From NCBI GenBank assembly GCA_903906305.1, contig CAIVJR010000005.1:83667-147666 (forward strand): a stretch of DNA of 64,000 bases, given 5' to 3'. Shown here piece by piece: positions 1 through 10,358 of the stretch. The stretch's first letter is position 1. Every line of letters begins with the position of its first letter. This DNA comes from an uncultured bacterium (GTDB lineage Bacteria > Patescibacteriota > Dojkabacteria > SC72). A program made the position numbers and the translations under genes. The notes beneath the pieces were generated by a model. The model had not been told where the DNA came from. It did no database searches and worked only from the letters and a program-made list of their open reading frames with translations.

Positions 1-1
1 A

Positions 2-499
2 AAAAATCAACGTGATAAAAGCTATTCCTATCATTCCTAGTATCTGCCAAATGTTTAATCCCAGTACAGAAGGTATCTCTTTTAATATTCTAAAATCTTC
101 CAGGAAAAGCTTTTGCATACTTCCCAACTCACCAACCGAAAAAGAGAACATCATGGAGAAGTTTGATGTCTGAATGTTAAACAAAGTAACAATTATTATT
201 GTCATATATAGGTACGTCCACAGTAAATCTAAGAGATTGAGTAGATTGATATATGGTTTCTTTTCTTCAGATATTCTGCCTAAAACTTCAAGCGTTTTCT
301 TGAACAGAAAAAGTATGACAAAAATGAACACAAAGAAAAGAAGAGCAACCGTAACATATCTTAAGCTAAAGATGTTTTCAGCAACAACTCCATATTTGCT
401 ATTGGCGAGACTTAAAGCAATAAAGCCAAAAAAATAAAGGATGGTTCCTCCCTCTATAACATACTTTGATAATTTTAGAAAACTGGGAATTTTCAACAT
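2..499 (-). CDS. partial membrane protein of unknown function (C-terminus outside window)
   Basis: Hand translation shows the minus-strand frame open from ATG 497-499 to the left edge (MLKIPSFLKLSKYVIEGGTILYFFGFIALSLANS...VTVALLFFVFIFVILFLF...). It has several helix-length hydrophobic stretches. It is absent from the ORF track only because it has no stop in the window. Confidence 0.45.
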   Translation of the reverse strand, partial: MLKIPSFLKLSKYVIEGGTILYFFGFIALSLANSKYGVVAENIFSLRYVTVALLFFVFIFVILFLFKKTLEVLGRISEEKKPYINLLNLLDLLWTYLYMTIIIVTLFNIQTSNFSMMFSFSVGELGSMQKLFLEDFRILKEIPSVLGLNIWQILGMIGIAFITLIF

Positions 500-564
500 T
501 GCCCCCTTAATAAAATAACTGGGGCAGTTTTATTTTTTTAATTATACACCATGAGCCAGCTTAC

Positions 565-1197
565 TCAACATATACTCTTCCAACTCTCCCTCCCTATAAC
601 CATATGATCGAGTAGTTTCATCCCTACCAAATCCAAAGCTTTCCCTACCCTCTCTGTAACAGCAAAATCCTCATCACTAGGTAAAGGGTCTCCCGAAGGA
701 TGATTATGTGCCAATATAACAGAACTAGCATTAAGTTCTAATGCAGGAATAATAACATCCCTAGGAAGTAACCCAGCCCCATCCACAGTACCAATAGCTA
801 ATGTACGTTGTTCTAATAGCTCAAATCTAGAATTAAGAAATATCCCAACAATATATTCCTGTTTCTTCTTTTGCATATCCCTAAGCAAATAGTAAGCCTC
901 TTGAGAATTATGTACGCATACCTTTTCCTTACTCCCAAGATCATACAACCTCCTACCCAATTCAATACCAGAAAGAATCTTCATAGCCGTAGCCAAACCA
1001 ATGCCAAGGATATCAACAATATCATTCACATCAACATTACCATTCTTTTTGATAGATTTACGAATACGATATACCACAGATCTAGAGACAGACATAAAAT
1101 TATGTCCCTTAATACCAGAACCAATAATAATGGCTATTAATTCCATATCACTGAGGCTATCTATACCCCTTTCTAAATATTTTTCTCTTGGAAGCAT
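565..1197 (-). CDS. radC: RadC-like JAB/MPN domain protein
   Basis: JAB motif LAHNHPSGDPLPSDED and an N-terminal LSDMELIAIIIGSG. Start moved from TTG 1254 to ATG 1195-1197 (MLPREKYLERG...), a typical RadC N-terminus. Confidence 0.85.
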   Translation of the reverse strand: MLPREKYLERGIDSLSDMELIAIIIGSGIKGHNFMSVSRSVVYRIRKSIKKNGNVDVNDIVDILGIGLATAMKILSGIELGRRLYDLGSKEKVCVHNSQEAYYLLRDMQKKKQEYIVGIFLNSRFELLEQRTLAIGTVDGAGLLPRDVIIPALELNASSVILAHNHPSGDPLPSDEDFAVTERVGKALDLVGMKLLDHMVIGRESWKSIC

Positions 1198-1314
1198 ATA
1201 TATATCATAGAAGATATATATGAAATTATGATGAAATCCCCTCCTCACTATCAAATTGACTTCCTAATTCACCCTATATATACTGGATATAAGATAATCT
1301 TTTATCAAAAAATT

Positions 1315-1761
1315 ATGTCTGATACCCAAGATTTTGAAAGTTGTGCTCCAGAGGATCTTATAGAACAAGAAGGACCCAATCAAGGCAACATTAAGGATAT
1401 AGAGCTAGCAAGAATAGGCGCAGAAGCCGAGAATGAATCTAGGAGTCATAAAGTTAGAAACAAAATACTTGGTGAACTCGTACAGATTATTCCCGAACTT
1501 GAGGAAGACGGGCGTCATTTCCCAGCAGTGAGAGGAAATAACGAGGGAGAAAATGCAATGAGGAAAGAAGTTGAAAGAAGAGCAACTGAAAATGTCAAAG
1601 ATTTAGATATTGATCCAAAGACGAAAGAAGAGTTTCCAACGTGGGCAGTAGATGAATTTGATAAAAATGAAGATGACATGGAGGCAGCAAAGACCAAGGC
1701 AGATGAGATGGAAGCTAGGAAACCATTTGTCGAAGTTGCGAATATTTTGAAGAAAAAATAA
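1315..1761 (+). CDS. hypothetical acidic/Lys-rich protein
   Basis: ORF 1228..1761. The first 29 codons read like promoter DNA, so ATG 1315 (MSDTQDFESC...) is preferred. No recognisable motif. Confidence 0.4.
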   Translation: MSDTQDFESCAPEDLIEQEGPNQGNIKDIELARIGAEAENESRSHKVRNKILGELVQIIPELEEDGRHFPAVRGNNEGENAMRKEVERRATENVKDLDIDPKTKEEFPTWAVDEFDKNEDDMEAAKTKADEMEARKPFVEVANILKKK

Positions 1762-1784
1762 AACCCTTTCTACAATATTTAGGA

Positions 1785-3920
1785 TTACTCTGAACTCTTC
1801 TTTTTCTTCTTAGCCTTAAATGTCTTCTTTATATACTTACACTCCGGATAGTTACTACATCCAGTAAATGTTCTACCCCACTTACTCCTTCTCTCAACCA
1901 AAGGATGATTACACTCAGGACACTTCTCTTGCAAAAGAAGAGGAACCGTACCCTTACACTTAGGATAGTCCTTACAAGCCCAGAACTTACCATATTTACT
2001 ATTCTTTAACACCAATTCCCCACCACACTTAGGACACTTCTCAGGTCTAAGATATTTAGCAAAATCCAAACTCTCCTCATTCCCAGACAAATCCTTCATA
2101 CCCTTACACTCAGGGAACTTAGCACAACTAAGGAACTTACCATATCTACCAATACGTATAATCATCTCCCCACCACACTCAGGACACTTGTCCTCGGCCT
2201 TACCAAGTATTACAACATCTTCCTTTTTAACGTCTTTTTCAGCCTTAGCAATCTCTTCAACCAAAGGCTTGTATTGCTCATCCATAACTGGAGCATACTT
2301 CATCTTACCCGCAGCAATACCATCCAATTCAGCCTCAACCTTAGCAGTATATTTGTAATCTACCAACCTCTTAAAGTTATCTCTCAAGAAATTAGTAACA
2401 ATTCTACCAACATCTGTAGGAATCAAAGCCTTAGCTTCTTTAGTAATATATCCTCTCGCTTCAATAGTCGAAATGATGGTGGCATATGTAGAAGGCCTAC
2501 CAATCTCCAATGCCTCAAGTTTCTTAACCAATGATGCATCGGTATATCTAGCAGGAGGTTGAGTATATTTCTGTTCCTTAACAAACTTCTTCCATTTCAA
2601 TGAATCACCCTTCTCAATCTTGGAAATCTCTTGCAAATCATCTTCCACCTTACCAGTACCCAAAACCTTTCTAAAACCATCAAACAAAGTCATCTCACCA
2701 CCCAAAGTAAATACATATTCAGGTTTCTTCACATCCTTGTTAACAATGGAAACTGTTAAAATCTCTGCCTGTTTGTCTGTCATCTGACAAGAAACTACTC
2801 GCTTCCATATCAAGTCATACAATTTAGCCTCTGCACTACCAAACTGAGCTTCAATCTTCTCTCTAGTTACATTAATATCTGAAGGTCTGATTGCCTCGTG
2901 TGCTTCTTGTGCACCCTTGCTTCTAGTTTTGTAGTAATTAGGTGTAGCAGGTAAATATTCTTTACCATAGCTAGTACCAATTAACTCTCTAATGGAATCA
3001 ACAGCCTTACCACTAAGATTGAATGAGTCAGTTCTCATATATGTAATGTAGCCGGCTTGATACAGTATCTGAGCTATGGCCATGGTTCGCTTAGATGAAT
3101 ATCCTAAAACATTGTTAGCCGCCTGTTGAAGTGTAGATGTAGTAAATGGTGGATATGGATGCTTTTTAACCTTCTTAACAACTACATCTTTAACAATGTA
3201 ATCAGAAGATCCAAGTGTCTTTTCAATTCCCTCTACCTCATCTTTGTTTGTAGGAATATATTTCTTTCCATCCTTTTGAGCTAATTTTGCGTTTAATACG
3301 TTACCGCTTTCATCCTTAACCTCTACTCCGAAATCCCAATATTCCTCAGCTTTAAATGCTTCTCTCTCCTCTTCACGCTCAACAACCAATCTCAATGCAA
3401 CAGACTGTACTCTACCTGCAGAGAGACCATACCATATCTTCTTCCAAAGTAATTCTGAAAGCTTGTATCCTACCAATCTATCTAGTATTCTTCTTGCTTT
3501 CTGTGCTTCTACAAGGTTTTCATCAATCTCCAAAGGATGTTTAACAGCCTCTAGGATTGCATCCTTAGTGATTTCATTGAACATTACCCTCTTTGCATTC
3601 TTAGTCTTTAATACACTGTTTACATGCCATGCTATGGCCTCTCCTTCACGGTCAGGGTCCATTGCTAAGAAGACATTTCCATCTTTAGGAACTGCTCGTT
3701 TCAAGTCAGTGATTATCTTTCCCTTACCATATATTGTTTCAAACAAAGGCTCGTAGTTATGCTCAATATCTACTCCCAGTTTACTCTTAGGCAGGTCGAT
3801 AATATGGCCAACAGTGGCCATTACTTTGTAATCTGTACCTAAATACTTGTTAATGGTCTTCGCTTTTGCAGGAGACTCAACAATTAAAAGGTTTTTGTAT
3901 GATTTCTTTTTCTTTTCCAT
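1785..3920 (-). CDS. topA: DNA topoisomerase I
   Basis: Toprim N-terminus (LIVESPAKAKTI, DPDREGE), active-site Tyr region GYITYMRTDS, and three C-terminal C4 zinc ribbons (CPECGG..CAKFPECKG, CPKCGG..CKDYPKCKG, CPECNH..CSNYPECKY). Confidence 0.95.
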   Translation of the reverse strand: MEKKKKSYKNLLIVESPAKAKTINKYLGTDYKVMATVGHIIDLPKSKLGVDIEHNYEPLFETIYGKGKIITDLKRAVPKDGNVFLAMDPDREGEAIAWHVNSVLKTKNAKRVMFNEITKDAILEAVKHPLEIDENLVEAQKARRILDRLVGYKLSELLWKKIWYGLSAGRVQSVALRLVVEREEEREAFKAEEYWDFGVEVKDESGNVLNAKLAQKDGKKYIPTNKDEVEGIEKTLGSSDYIVKDVVVKKVKKHPYPPFTTSTLQQAANNVLGYSSKRTMAIAQILYQAGYITYMRTDSFNLSGKAVDSIRELIGTSYGKEYLPATPNYYKTRSKGAQEAHEAIRPSDINVTREKIEAQFGSAEAKLYDLIWKRVVSCQMTDKQAEILTVSIVNKDVKKPEYVFTLGGEMTLFDGFRKVLGTGKVEDDLQEISKIEKGDSLKWKKFVKEQKYTQPPARYTDASLVKKLEALEIGRPSTYATIISTIEARGYITKEAKALIPTDVGRIVTNFLRDNFKRLVDYKYTAKVEAELDGIAAGKMKYAPVMDEQYKPLVEEIAKAEKDVKKEDVVILGKAEDKCPECGGEMIIRIGRYGKFLSCAKFPECKGMKDLSGNEESLDFAKYLRPEKCPKCGGELVLKNSKYGKFWACKDYPKCKGTVPLLLQEKCPECNHPLVERRSKWGRTFTGCSNYPECKYIKKTFKAKKKKKSSE

Positions 3921-4044
3921 ATGCTTGCTTCTTAAAATACATTAAATTAATTAGTATTGTCAAACATGTATACAAAACCTATACGCTATTCTACCCTTTT
4001 TAATTATGTATACATTTTCACTTCGTTGTGTAAAATATCTTTTT

Positions 4045-4713
4045 CTAGAAACATTTAATCTGATCTCCCTCTATGCCTAAAACCTGCTTAAAATCTTCTT
4101 CACCTGCAATTATTCCCGCTCCTTGTTTAATCAGTGAGTGACACCCACGAGATGTAGATTTAAATATATCGCCTGGAATTACGTACACATCTCTATTAAA
4201 TTCTAAGGCCAGATTGGCTGTAACCAATGATCCACTCTGTATATCCGCTTCTATGACTACTGTCGTCTCTGATATCCCAGCAAGTATACGATTGCGCATA
4301 GGAAACATACCTTTGTGCATCTCAACCTTTCCGCCATATTCTGCCATTACCAATCCTTTTTCTGAGATATCCTCGTAGAGTTTAGCATTGCTAAGAGGAT
4401 ATATATTCCCTATACCCCCCGCTATGACTGCAATTGTGGGAATGCCCAACTCCAAACATCTTCTATGCCCCATTGTATCTATCCCTTCCGCCAATCCACT
4501 TACAATACATATATCCAAATCAATGAGGTATGGTTGAAGCAACATATCCAATACCTCCTTGCCATATCTTGTAGCTTTCCTAGTACCAACAATGGTTAAA
4601 CACCGCTTCTTCAGTAAATCCACATTCCCCTTACAATGCAATTGTTTAGGAGGCTTGTGTATCTCCTTTAAAAACCTTGGATATCTAGAATCACCCATAC
4701 ATATATATGACAT
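4045..4713 (-). CDS. dprA: DNA processing protein DprA (short, Rossmann core only)
   Basis: GLAEGIDTMGHRRCLE, PMRNRILAGIS and SGSLVTANLALEFNRDVYVIPG. The N-terminal SAM-like and C-terminal wHTH extensions are absent. Confidence 0.85.
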   Translation of the reverse strand: MSYICMGDSRYPRFLKEIHKPPKQLHCKGNVDLLKKRCLTIVGTRKATRYGKEVLDMLLQPYLIDLDICIVSGLAEGIDTMGHRRCLELGIPTIAVIAGGIGNIYPLSNAKLYEDISEKGLVMAEYGGKVEMHKGMFPMRNRILAGISETTVVIEADIQSGSLVTANLALEFNRDVYVIPGDIFKSTSRGCHSLIKQGAGIIAGEEDFKQVLGIEGDQIKCF

Positions 4714-4747
4714 ATGTAGAGTATGACAAAGAAAGATGAAATATTGA

Positions 4748-6751
4748 TTAAATCTTGCCGTTTTGAACCATCCAAGCTATCATTTCCTTCATAATCTTGA
4801 CGGCGTTGAGACTCTCACCACCATCTTCAAGGAATATACTAAAGGAATATTTAGGATTGTCATATGGGAAGAAACCACCTACCCATGCATGTGTATGCTC
4901 GTAGTTACCCTTTTTGTCTAATGCACCGAACTCTGCAGTACCAGTTTTAGCAGCTACAACAGTTCCTAAATTAGCCAATGAGGATATTGACGCCCTCTCC
5001 CCATTAACCGCAGACCACATACCCTCTTTTGCGATTTTAAAAGCTTCTTTCTTAGCAATATTGCTCTGTAATATTTCCACAGGAATTTCTACTTTGTTCC
5101 CCTCTTCATCCATGAAGTACTTTGCAATATGTGGTTTGTAGAGGGTTCCCTCGTTAGCGATTGCTCCCATCCAGTTAGACATCTGGATTGGAGTAACTAA
5201 ACCAATTCCTTGACCAATGACAGAGTTACATGAATCGCCCTCAGGATACCAGATGGGATCTAACCATGGACTGGTGGAATTAGCTAACATGAGCTTGTTT
5301 GCAGGAGATGGTACCCTTCCCGCCATCTCACCAGGTATATCTATCCCTGTAATTCTTCCAATTCCAAATTTGTCTAAGTAAGGTACTAGAGAATTCATAT
5401 CCCAATGCCTAATGAGTTCACAGAAATATATATTTGAGGAAACAGTAAGTGCACCAACAACATTTACAGTACCATATGCATGATTGTGATATTCCTGAAA
5501 TGAAGCACCATTGGAGAAGGTATAGTTGGAGGTACTGGTATATTGAGTATATTTAGTAATGGCACCAGCATCTAAAGCTGCAGTAGCTACCATTGTTTTG
5601 AATGTAGAGCCTGCAGGAACCTGTGCAGCTATGGATCTATTCATCAATGGATTAGCTTTGTCATTGAGAAGTTTTGAGTAGTCAGCAACTGATATCCCAC
5701 CAATGAACAAATTGTTGTCATATGTAGGATATGTAACCATGGCTAGGATTTCACCCGTATTAACATCTTGGATGATTCCTGCGCCTCCTGTGGCTTTAGA
5801 GTTACTTACGCCCGTCTGTAATGCTTCGTACAACTTATTTTGTATCGTCATATCCAATGTAAGGTACAGGTTCTTTCCAGAGATTGGAGTTTTGATTGTT
5901 AAACCCTCTTGTGATATCTTTTTACCCAATGAATCCACCTCCCAGACCATCTGTCCATCTTCTCCCGCGAGTTGTTCATCATATTCGCGTTCAAACCCTG
6001 TACGGCCAACTACGTCAGTAGAATTAAGATAGCCTATCGATTCTAAATCCTCAGCAGTCACGTCACCTGTATATCCAAGGATTGATGAAAGGACATTCTT
6101 GTATGGATATGAACGTTTACTCCCGTCATCTATATATATACCAGGTAAATTCTCAGTAGCAGCTTTAATTTGAATTATCTCCTCGTTGTTTAGATCTGAA
6201 GCAATGAGGATATCAGTGAAGTATGGGCTTTGCGCATGTATCTTTAACACTCGCTCTATTATTGACCCATATTCAACCTCCTTGTCATCAGAAACCTTCT
6301 TCCATCGCGTACCTAGTATACCCTCCAGGGTATCTGATGTACTTTGTAATTTCGCATTATCTACCTCTCCCTCTACCAAATATCTATCTATCATTACATA
6401 TAGCCCCACAGAAGCCACATTTTCGACAAGTTTAACGCCATTACGGTCAAACATAACCCCACGATATGCGGGGATACTCTCTTTCCTAATCTGGTTGTTC
6501 TCCGACTTTGCCAGCATCTCCTCTCCTTTTACAATCTGAAGTGAACTAAGTTGGAGAAAAAGCACAGTAAACAGTACAAAAAAGAGTATGAAGACAATCA
6601 AATAGTTCCACGGAGAGCCCTCTGAGTACCCCGGAGTTGATTTCCAAAGCTTCTTAGCACTCTCCTTAAGGTTAATCTCCTTTATGCCATTGATTCCCTT
6701 GACCTTCTTCTTGTTCTTTGATTGTATGCTTTTTGAAAATTTTAAATCCAT
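4748..6751 (-). CDS. mrdA: penicillin-binding protein 2 (elongasome transpeptidase)
   Basis: N-terminal TM anchor and transpeptidase motifs STFK, SSN and KTGT. Sits immediately downstream of mreBCD. Confidence 0.9.
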   Translation of the reverse strand: MDLKFSKSIQSKNKKKVKGINGIKEINLKESAKKLWKSTPGYSEGSPWNYLIVFILFFVLFTVLFLQLSSLQIVKGEEMLAKSENNQIRKESIPAYRGVMFDRNGVKLVENVASVGLYVMIDRYLVEGEVDNAKLQSTSDTLEGILGTRWKKVSDDKEVEYGSIIERVLKIHAQSPYFTDILIASDLNNEEIIQIKAATENLPGIYIDDGSKRSYPYKNVLSSILGYTGDVTAEDLESIGYLNSTDVVGRTGFEREYDEQLAGEDGQMVWEVDSLGKKISQEGLTIKTPISGKNLYLTLDMTIQNKLYEALQTGVSNSKATGGAGIIQDVNTGEILAMVTYPTYDNNLFIGGISVADYSKLLNDKANPLMNRSIAAQVPAGSTFKTMVATAALDAGAITKYTQYTSTSNYTFSNGASFQEYHNHAYGTVNVVGALTVSSNIYFCELIRHWDMNSLVPYLDKFGIGRITGIDIPGEMAGRVPSPANKLMLANSTSPWLDPIWYPEGDSCNSVIGQGIGLVTPIQMSNWMGAIANEGTLYKPHIAKYFMDEEGNKVEIPVEILQSNIAKKEAFKIAKEGMWSAVNGERASISSLANLGTVVAAKTGTAEFGALDKKGNYEHTHAWVGGFFPYDNPKYSFSIFLEDGGESLNAVKIMKEMIAWMVQNGKI

Positions 6752-6757
6752 TACTTC

Positions 6758-7252
6758 TTACAGTGATCTTAATTTCGTTCCCTCATCACGCTTTCTAAGC
6801 CTGCTCCATACCAAATCGAATACCACACAGAAAGCTATTGATGCTAATGCCTTAAGTACCATTCCACCTACCATTAACCCCGTTATGCTTACCCAATTGC
6901 CTGTAGAGATTAATTCGGGAACAAAAGCTAGCAAGAGGTAATATATGAATATGCAAAAGAATTTTACACTGTATCCCGGCAAGTTGTAATTGAGGGGAAC
7001 TAGTAATGAGATTCCAAGCATTAGCAAAAGAGATATGCCTGTAATTAGTAAGTTAGTGCCTAGAACATAGTGATATATCACATCGAGGACTACAGAACCC
7101 AAGACTGTAAAGAACAAGAGATATTTCCAATTAATTTTGTTAAACAAGGCAATATTTAACAGAAAGAAAAATCTAAAATTACTCAATGCCACTAAAAAGC
7201 CTTCTAAGAAGATGGTAAGAAAGCAGGTTAAAAGCACGTACAGTATTGGCAT
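6758..7252 (-). CDS. mreD: rod shape-determining protein MreD (putative)
   Basis: 164-aa polytopic membrane protein between mreC and mrdA. The call rests on position and hydrophobicity. Confidence 0.6.
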   Translation of the reverse strand: MPILYVLLTCFLTIFLEGFLVALSNFRFFFLLNIALFNKINWKYLLFFTVLGSVVLDVIYHYVLGTNLLITGISLLLMLGISLLVPLNYNLPGYSVKFFCIFIYYLLLAFVPELISTGNWVSITGLMVGGMVLKALASIAFCVVFDLVWSRLRKRDEGTKLRSL

Positions 7253-7269
7253 TATATCTATTTTACAAA

Positions 7270-8091
7270 TTATTCAACACGCACAAACACTTGCATTAGG
7301 TTGTCGTAATCCAAGATTGGGGAAACAAATGCAGTTTTGTATGTACTTGCGGGGTTACTTGAAAGTGCTACCACATATCCTAAGGCATAGAATCCTCCAA
7401 CTTTTGAGTCATTAATATATACCATGTCACCATCGACTACTTCGGAGTTCATGGCTATATTTTCAATCATTATACCCTCTGCAGAGCCACTAACTACCCC
7501 GCTACTTAGAATATTGGTATTAACGTTTCCATCCTGACCAACTTTAAGTACAACCACTTCCAAATGTGAATTCCCATCTGATGGTAACCTTACAGTGCTT
7601 CCCTTCAAGTCAACACTCGACACTATCCCAACAAAGATATTTCCGACAGTAACCACATCTCCCTGCTGTAATCCAGATTCACTTCCTTGATCAATGGCCA
7701 AAGTATCTACATTGTCATCTCGTAATGTATTGGCTAGTACATACTTTGCCTCCCTATTCCCCAACGCTATCTGTTTTTTTAATGCTTCATTCTCATTTTT
7801 AAGAATGACATAGTTGGAGTACTGGGCTTCCTTGTCGTATGAAGCTATTTTCAAGTCATTGAACTCTTTTCTAAAGTTTCCGAGATTAACGAATGTTTGG
7901 AAATATTCTTTAACCTTCGAACCTGCAATATTGGCTTGAAAAGATGTTGGTTCAAATACAAAAGAGAGTGCATTTCTCACACCTTTCATTCCACTTAACC
8001 CATCCAGAAGAAGAAGTGTAATCGCTAAAAGCAAAGAGAAATATACTACAATGTTGTTGTTTTGTCCTTTGGTAGTATTGTTTTTCATCAA
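7270..8091 (-). CDS. mreC: rod shape-determining protein MreC
   Basis: N-terminal TM, a coiled-coil segment, then a beta-barrel region (GDVVTVGNIFVGIVSSVDLKGSTVRLPSD). Downstream of mreB. Confidence 0.8.
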   Translation of the reverse strand: MMKNNTTKGQNNNIVVYFSLLLAITLLLLDGLSGMKGVRNALSFVFEPTSFQANIAGSKVKEYFQTFVNLGNFRKEFNDLKIASYDKEAQYSNYVILKNENEALKKQIALGNREAKYVLANTLRDDNVDTLAIDQGSESGLQQGDVVTVGNIFVGIVSSVDLKGSTVRLPSDGNSHLEVVVLKVGQDGNVNTNILSSGVVSGSAEGIMIENIAMNSEVVDGDMVYINDSKVGGFYALGYVVALSSNPASTYKTAFVSPILDYDNLMQVFVRVE

Positions 8092-8098
8092 AGTATTA

Positions 8099-9154
8099 TT
8101 AAACTAACTCATTCCAAGATCTTTGGACTCTTTCAAGTAGTTCGATGTGGTCTAACATCAATGCGGTTCCTCTTGCTACTGCTGAAAGCGGATCATCTAC
8201 TATTTTTACTGGAAGATTTAACTCCTCTGCCCAGAATGTATCCAATCCTTTTATCAATGCTCCACCACCTGTTAAATGTAATCCTGAGGTTAACAAATCT
8301 TTTAGTAATTCTGGTGGAGTATCTTCAATTGCATCTTTAACTGCTTCGGTAATCTGATATATGGAGGTCATGATGGCTTCTCTTACCTCTACACTACTAA
8401 GCTCGACTGTCTTTGGAAGTCCCGTTAGAAGATCCCTACCCTGTACAGACATCTTAGTTTCCTTTTTTAGTGGCATTGCTGAACCTATGGCAATTTTTAC
8501 GTCTTCAGCGCTTCGCTCACCTATGAGGACATTGTATTTTTCTCTTACATAGTTAACGATATCTTGATCCATTTCATCTCCCGCAATTCTCAAGGTATTA
8601 TCTACAACAATATCTCCAAGTGAGAATACTGCAATGTCAGAAGTACCTCCTCCAACATCTACAATCATACTTCCAGAGGCATCTTCTACCGGTAACCCTG
8701 CTCCAATGGCTGCTGCCATTGATTCTTCAACTATGAATACTTCTCTCGCTCCAGCTGTTTTTACCGCATCGATAACGGCTTGTCTTTCTACTTCAGTTAC
8801 CGAAGATGGGACGCCAACGATTACTCTTGGTCTTGGAAGTTTAAATGAATTTCCAAAGTAGGAATGTGCTCGGTGTATGAAGTGATGGATCATGGCTTGG
8901 GTAGTATCAAAGTCTGAGATAACTCCATCTTTGAGTGGTCTCACTGCTGCAATGTTTGCAGGGGTTCTACCAATCATTTGTCTAGCTTCTTTACCCACAG
9001 CGAGTACTGTTTTAGTTCTTTTGTCTATTGCCACAACTGAAGGTTCGGAGACTACGATGCCGTGGTTACGCATATATACCAAGGTATTTGCAGTACCCAA
9101 GTCAATTCCCAAATCATATGTTAGTAGTTCCCAGATTGAATCAAAAATTTTCAT
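8099..9154 (-). CDS. mreB: rod shape-determining actin homolog MreB (copy 1)
   Basis: DLGIDLGTANTLVY, DVGGGTSDIAV and LTGGGALIKGLD. Carries an N-terminal amphipathic extension MKIFDSIWELL. Confidence 0.95.
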   Translation of the reverse strand: MKIFDSIWELLTYDLGIDLGTANTLVYMRNHGIVVSEPSVVAIDKRTKTVLAVGKEARQMIGRTPANIAAVRPLKDGVISDFDTTQAMIHHFIHRAHSYFGNSFKLPRPRVIVGVPSSVTEVERQAVIDAVKTAGAREVFIVEESMAAAIGAGLPVEDASGSMIVDVGGGTSDIAVFSLGDIVVDNTLRIAGDEMDQDIVNYVREKYNVLIGERSAEDVKIAIGSAMPLKKETKMSVQGRDLLTGLPKTVELSSVEVREAIMTSIYQITEAVKDAIEDTPPELLKDLLTSGLHLTGGGALIKGLDTFWAEELNLPVKIVDDPLSAVARGTALMLDHIELLERVQRSWNELV

Positions 9155-9196
9155 AGACTGATAGTATACAACTAGATATCCTTGATTCTAACATGT

Positions 9197-9220
9197 AAAA
9201 AAAAAGAACACGAGTGTTCT
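9197..9220 (-). terminator. rho-independent terminator after rpmB
   Basis: Perfect hairpin AGAACAC-GA-GTGTTCT (9205-9220), followed on the minus strand by a 9-nt U run (A run 9197-9205 on plus). Confidence 0.7.
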
Positions 9221-9254
9221 TTTATATATTTTCACCTAATTTGAATTGAGGGAA

Positions 9255-9479
9255 TTATGCTTCTTTTTCTTCTACTCCCTTTTGTAATCTCTTGTAGCAT
9301 TTCATACATATAGTGACGTTTTTAACAACTCCGTCAACTTCTAAGTCTATACTTCTAAGATTTGGTTTAAACTGTCTAACAGTGTGTGGTGCCTTATATC
9401 TCCAACCCACTGAGTGCTTGTGTTGGATACTTCGACCTGCTATCGTAGATTTTGTACAAATAAAACATTCTTTTGACAT
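9255..9479 (-). CDS. rpmB: 50S ribosomal protein L28 (zinc-ribbon form)
   Basis: MSKECFICTKSTIAGRSIQHKHSVGWRYKAPHTVRQFKPNLR... with CxxC...CxxC. ATG 9477-9479 is preferred over the TTG at 9518. Confidence 0.85.
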   Translation of the reverse strand: MSKECFICTKSTIAGRSIQHKHSVGWRYKAPHTVRQFKPNLRSIDLEVDGVVKNVTICMKCYKRLQKGVEEKEA

Positions 9480-9549
9480 AACGGAGGTATTATAAACTAA
9501 AATCTGTTTTATTGTCAAAGATTTTGTGACATATATTATATAATAGATT

Positions 9550-10176
9550 ATGGAAGGTTTAAACGCAGAGACAATTTATTGGATTATACTTGCAGTTCCA
9601 ACTATACTTATTGCTTCTACAGTACACGAATATGCACATGGTTGGGCAGCTTACAAGCTTGGAGATCCTACTGCAAAAGCTGCTGGTAGACTTACATTAA
9701 ATCCACTTAAACATATCGACCCTATTGGTGCGTTATGTATGATTTTGTTTAGATTTGGGTGGAGTAAGCCGGTTCCAATTAATGAGTATAATTTTGAAAG
9801 ACGAGAAGTGGATACTGCACTCACTGCATTAGCTGGACCTGTATCTAATATATTGCTTGCACTATTAACCGCACTTGTTAATTTAATATTTAAGCCTGAT
9901 CCTAGTTCTATATTTGCAATCATATTAATGGTTTTTGCATCTATTAATATTTCATTGGCTGTATTCAATCTCCTCCCTATCCCACCTTTAGATGGACATA
10001 AGATAGTGAGAGCGTTGCTTCCAAAGAAGCTTAGGTATTACTGGGAGAAGCTAGAAAAGTTCTCTATCATTATAATTTTGATATTTATTTTGCCTATCTC
10101 TCCACTATCGGCCTGGACTTCTACCTTTTTAAGCGGCACCATAACGAAACTATTATCACTACTAGGTTTCTTATAG
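9550..10176 (+). CDS. site-2 protease family (peptidase M50) membrane metalloprotease
   Basis: HEYAHGWAAYKLGDPTA (HExxH), RLTLNPLKHIDPIG, NLLPIPPLDG, and several TM helices. Confidence 0.85.
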   Translation: MEGLNAETIYWIILAVPTILIASTVHEYAHGWAAYKLGDPTAKAAGRLTLNPLKHIDPIGALCMILFRFGWSKPVPINEYNFERREVDTALTALAGPVSNILLALLTALVNLIFKPDPSSIFAIILMVFASINISLAVFNLLPIPPLDGHKIVRALLPKKLRYYWEKLEKFSIIIILIFILPISPLSAWTSTFLSGTITKLLSLLGFL

Positions 10177-10358
10177 AATTTTGCTTACAGGCTCGTTCTT
10201 ATTTGCATACTATATATTTCAGTCATAAAATGTAGATGCTCTAGTGGGATGTAATAGAGGAATCATAGCTCTATATCCATAAAACGGGATTCCACACATC
10301 ATTTAACTCTGCGGAGTTGAATTGAGGAAACCCACTTGTATTACAGGGCTCTATGGCC

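Noticed and set aside
174-437. 87-aa plus-strand ORF at the left edge
   Set aside because: It lies antisense to an uninterrupted minus-strand membrane-protein frame (2..499). Its Lys/Arg-rich translation looks like noise.
501-540. Hairpin GCCCC-N15-GGGGC followed by a T run (terminator-like on the plus strand)
   Set aside because: No plus-strand gene precedes it. On the minus strand, where radC ends, the U run is on the wrong side. The loop is also long. Not called.
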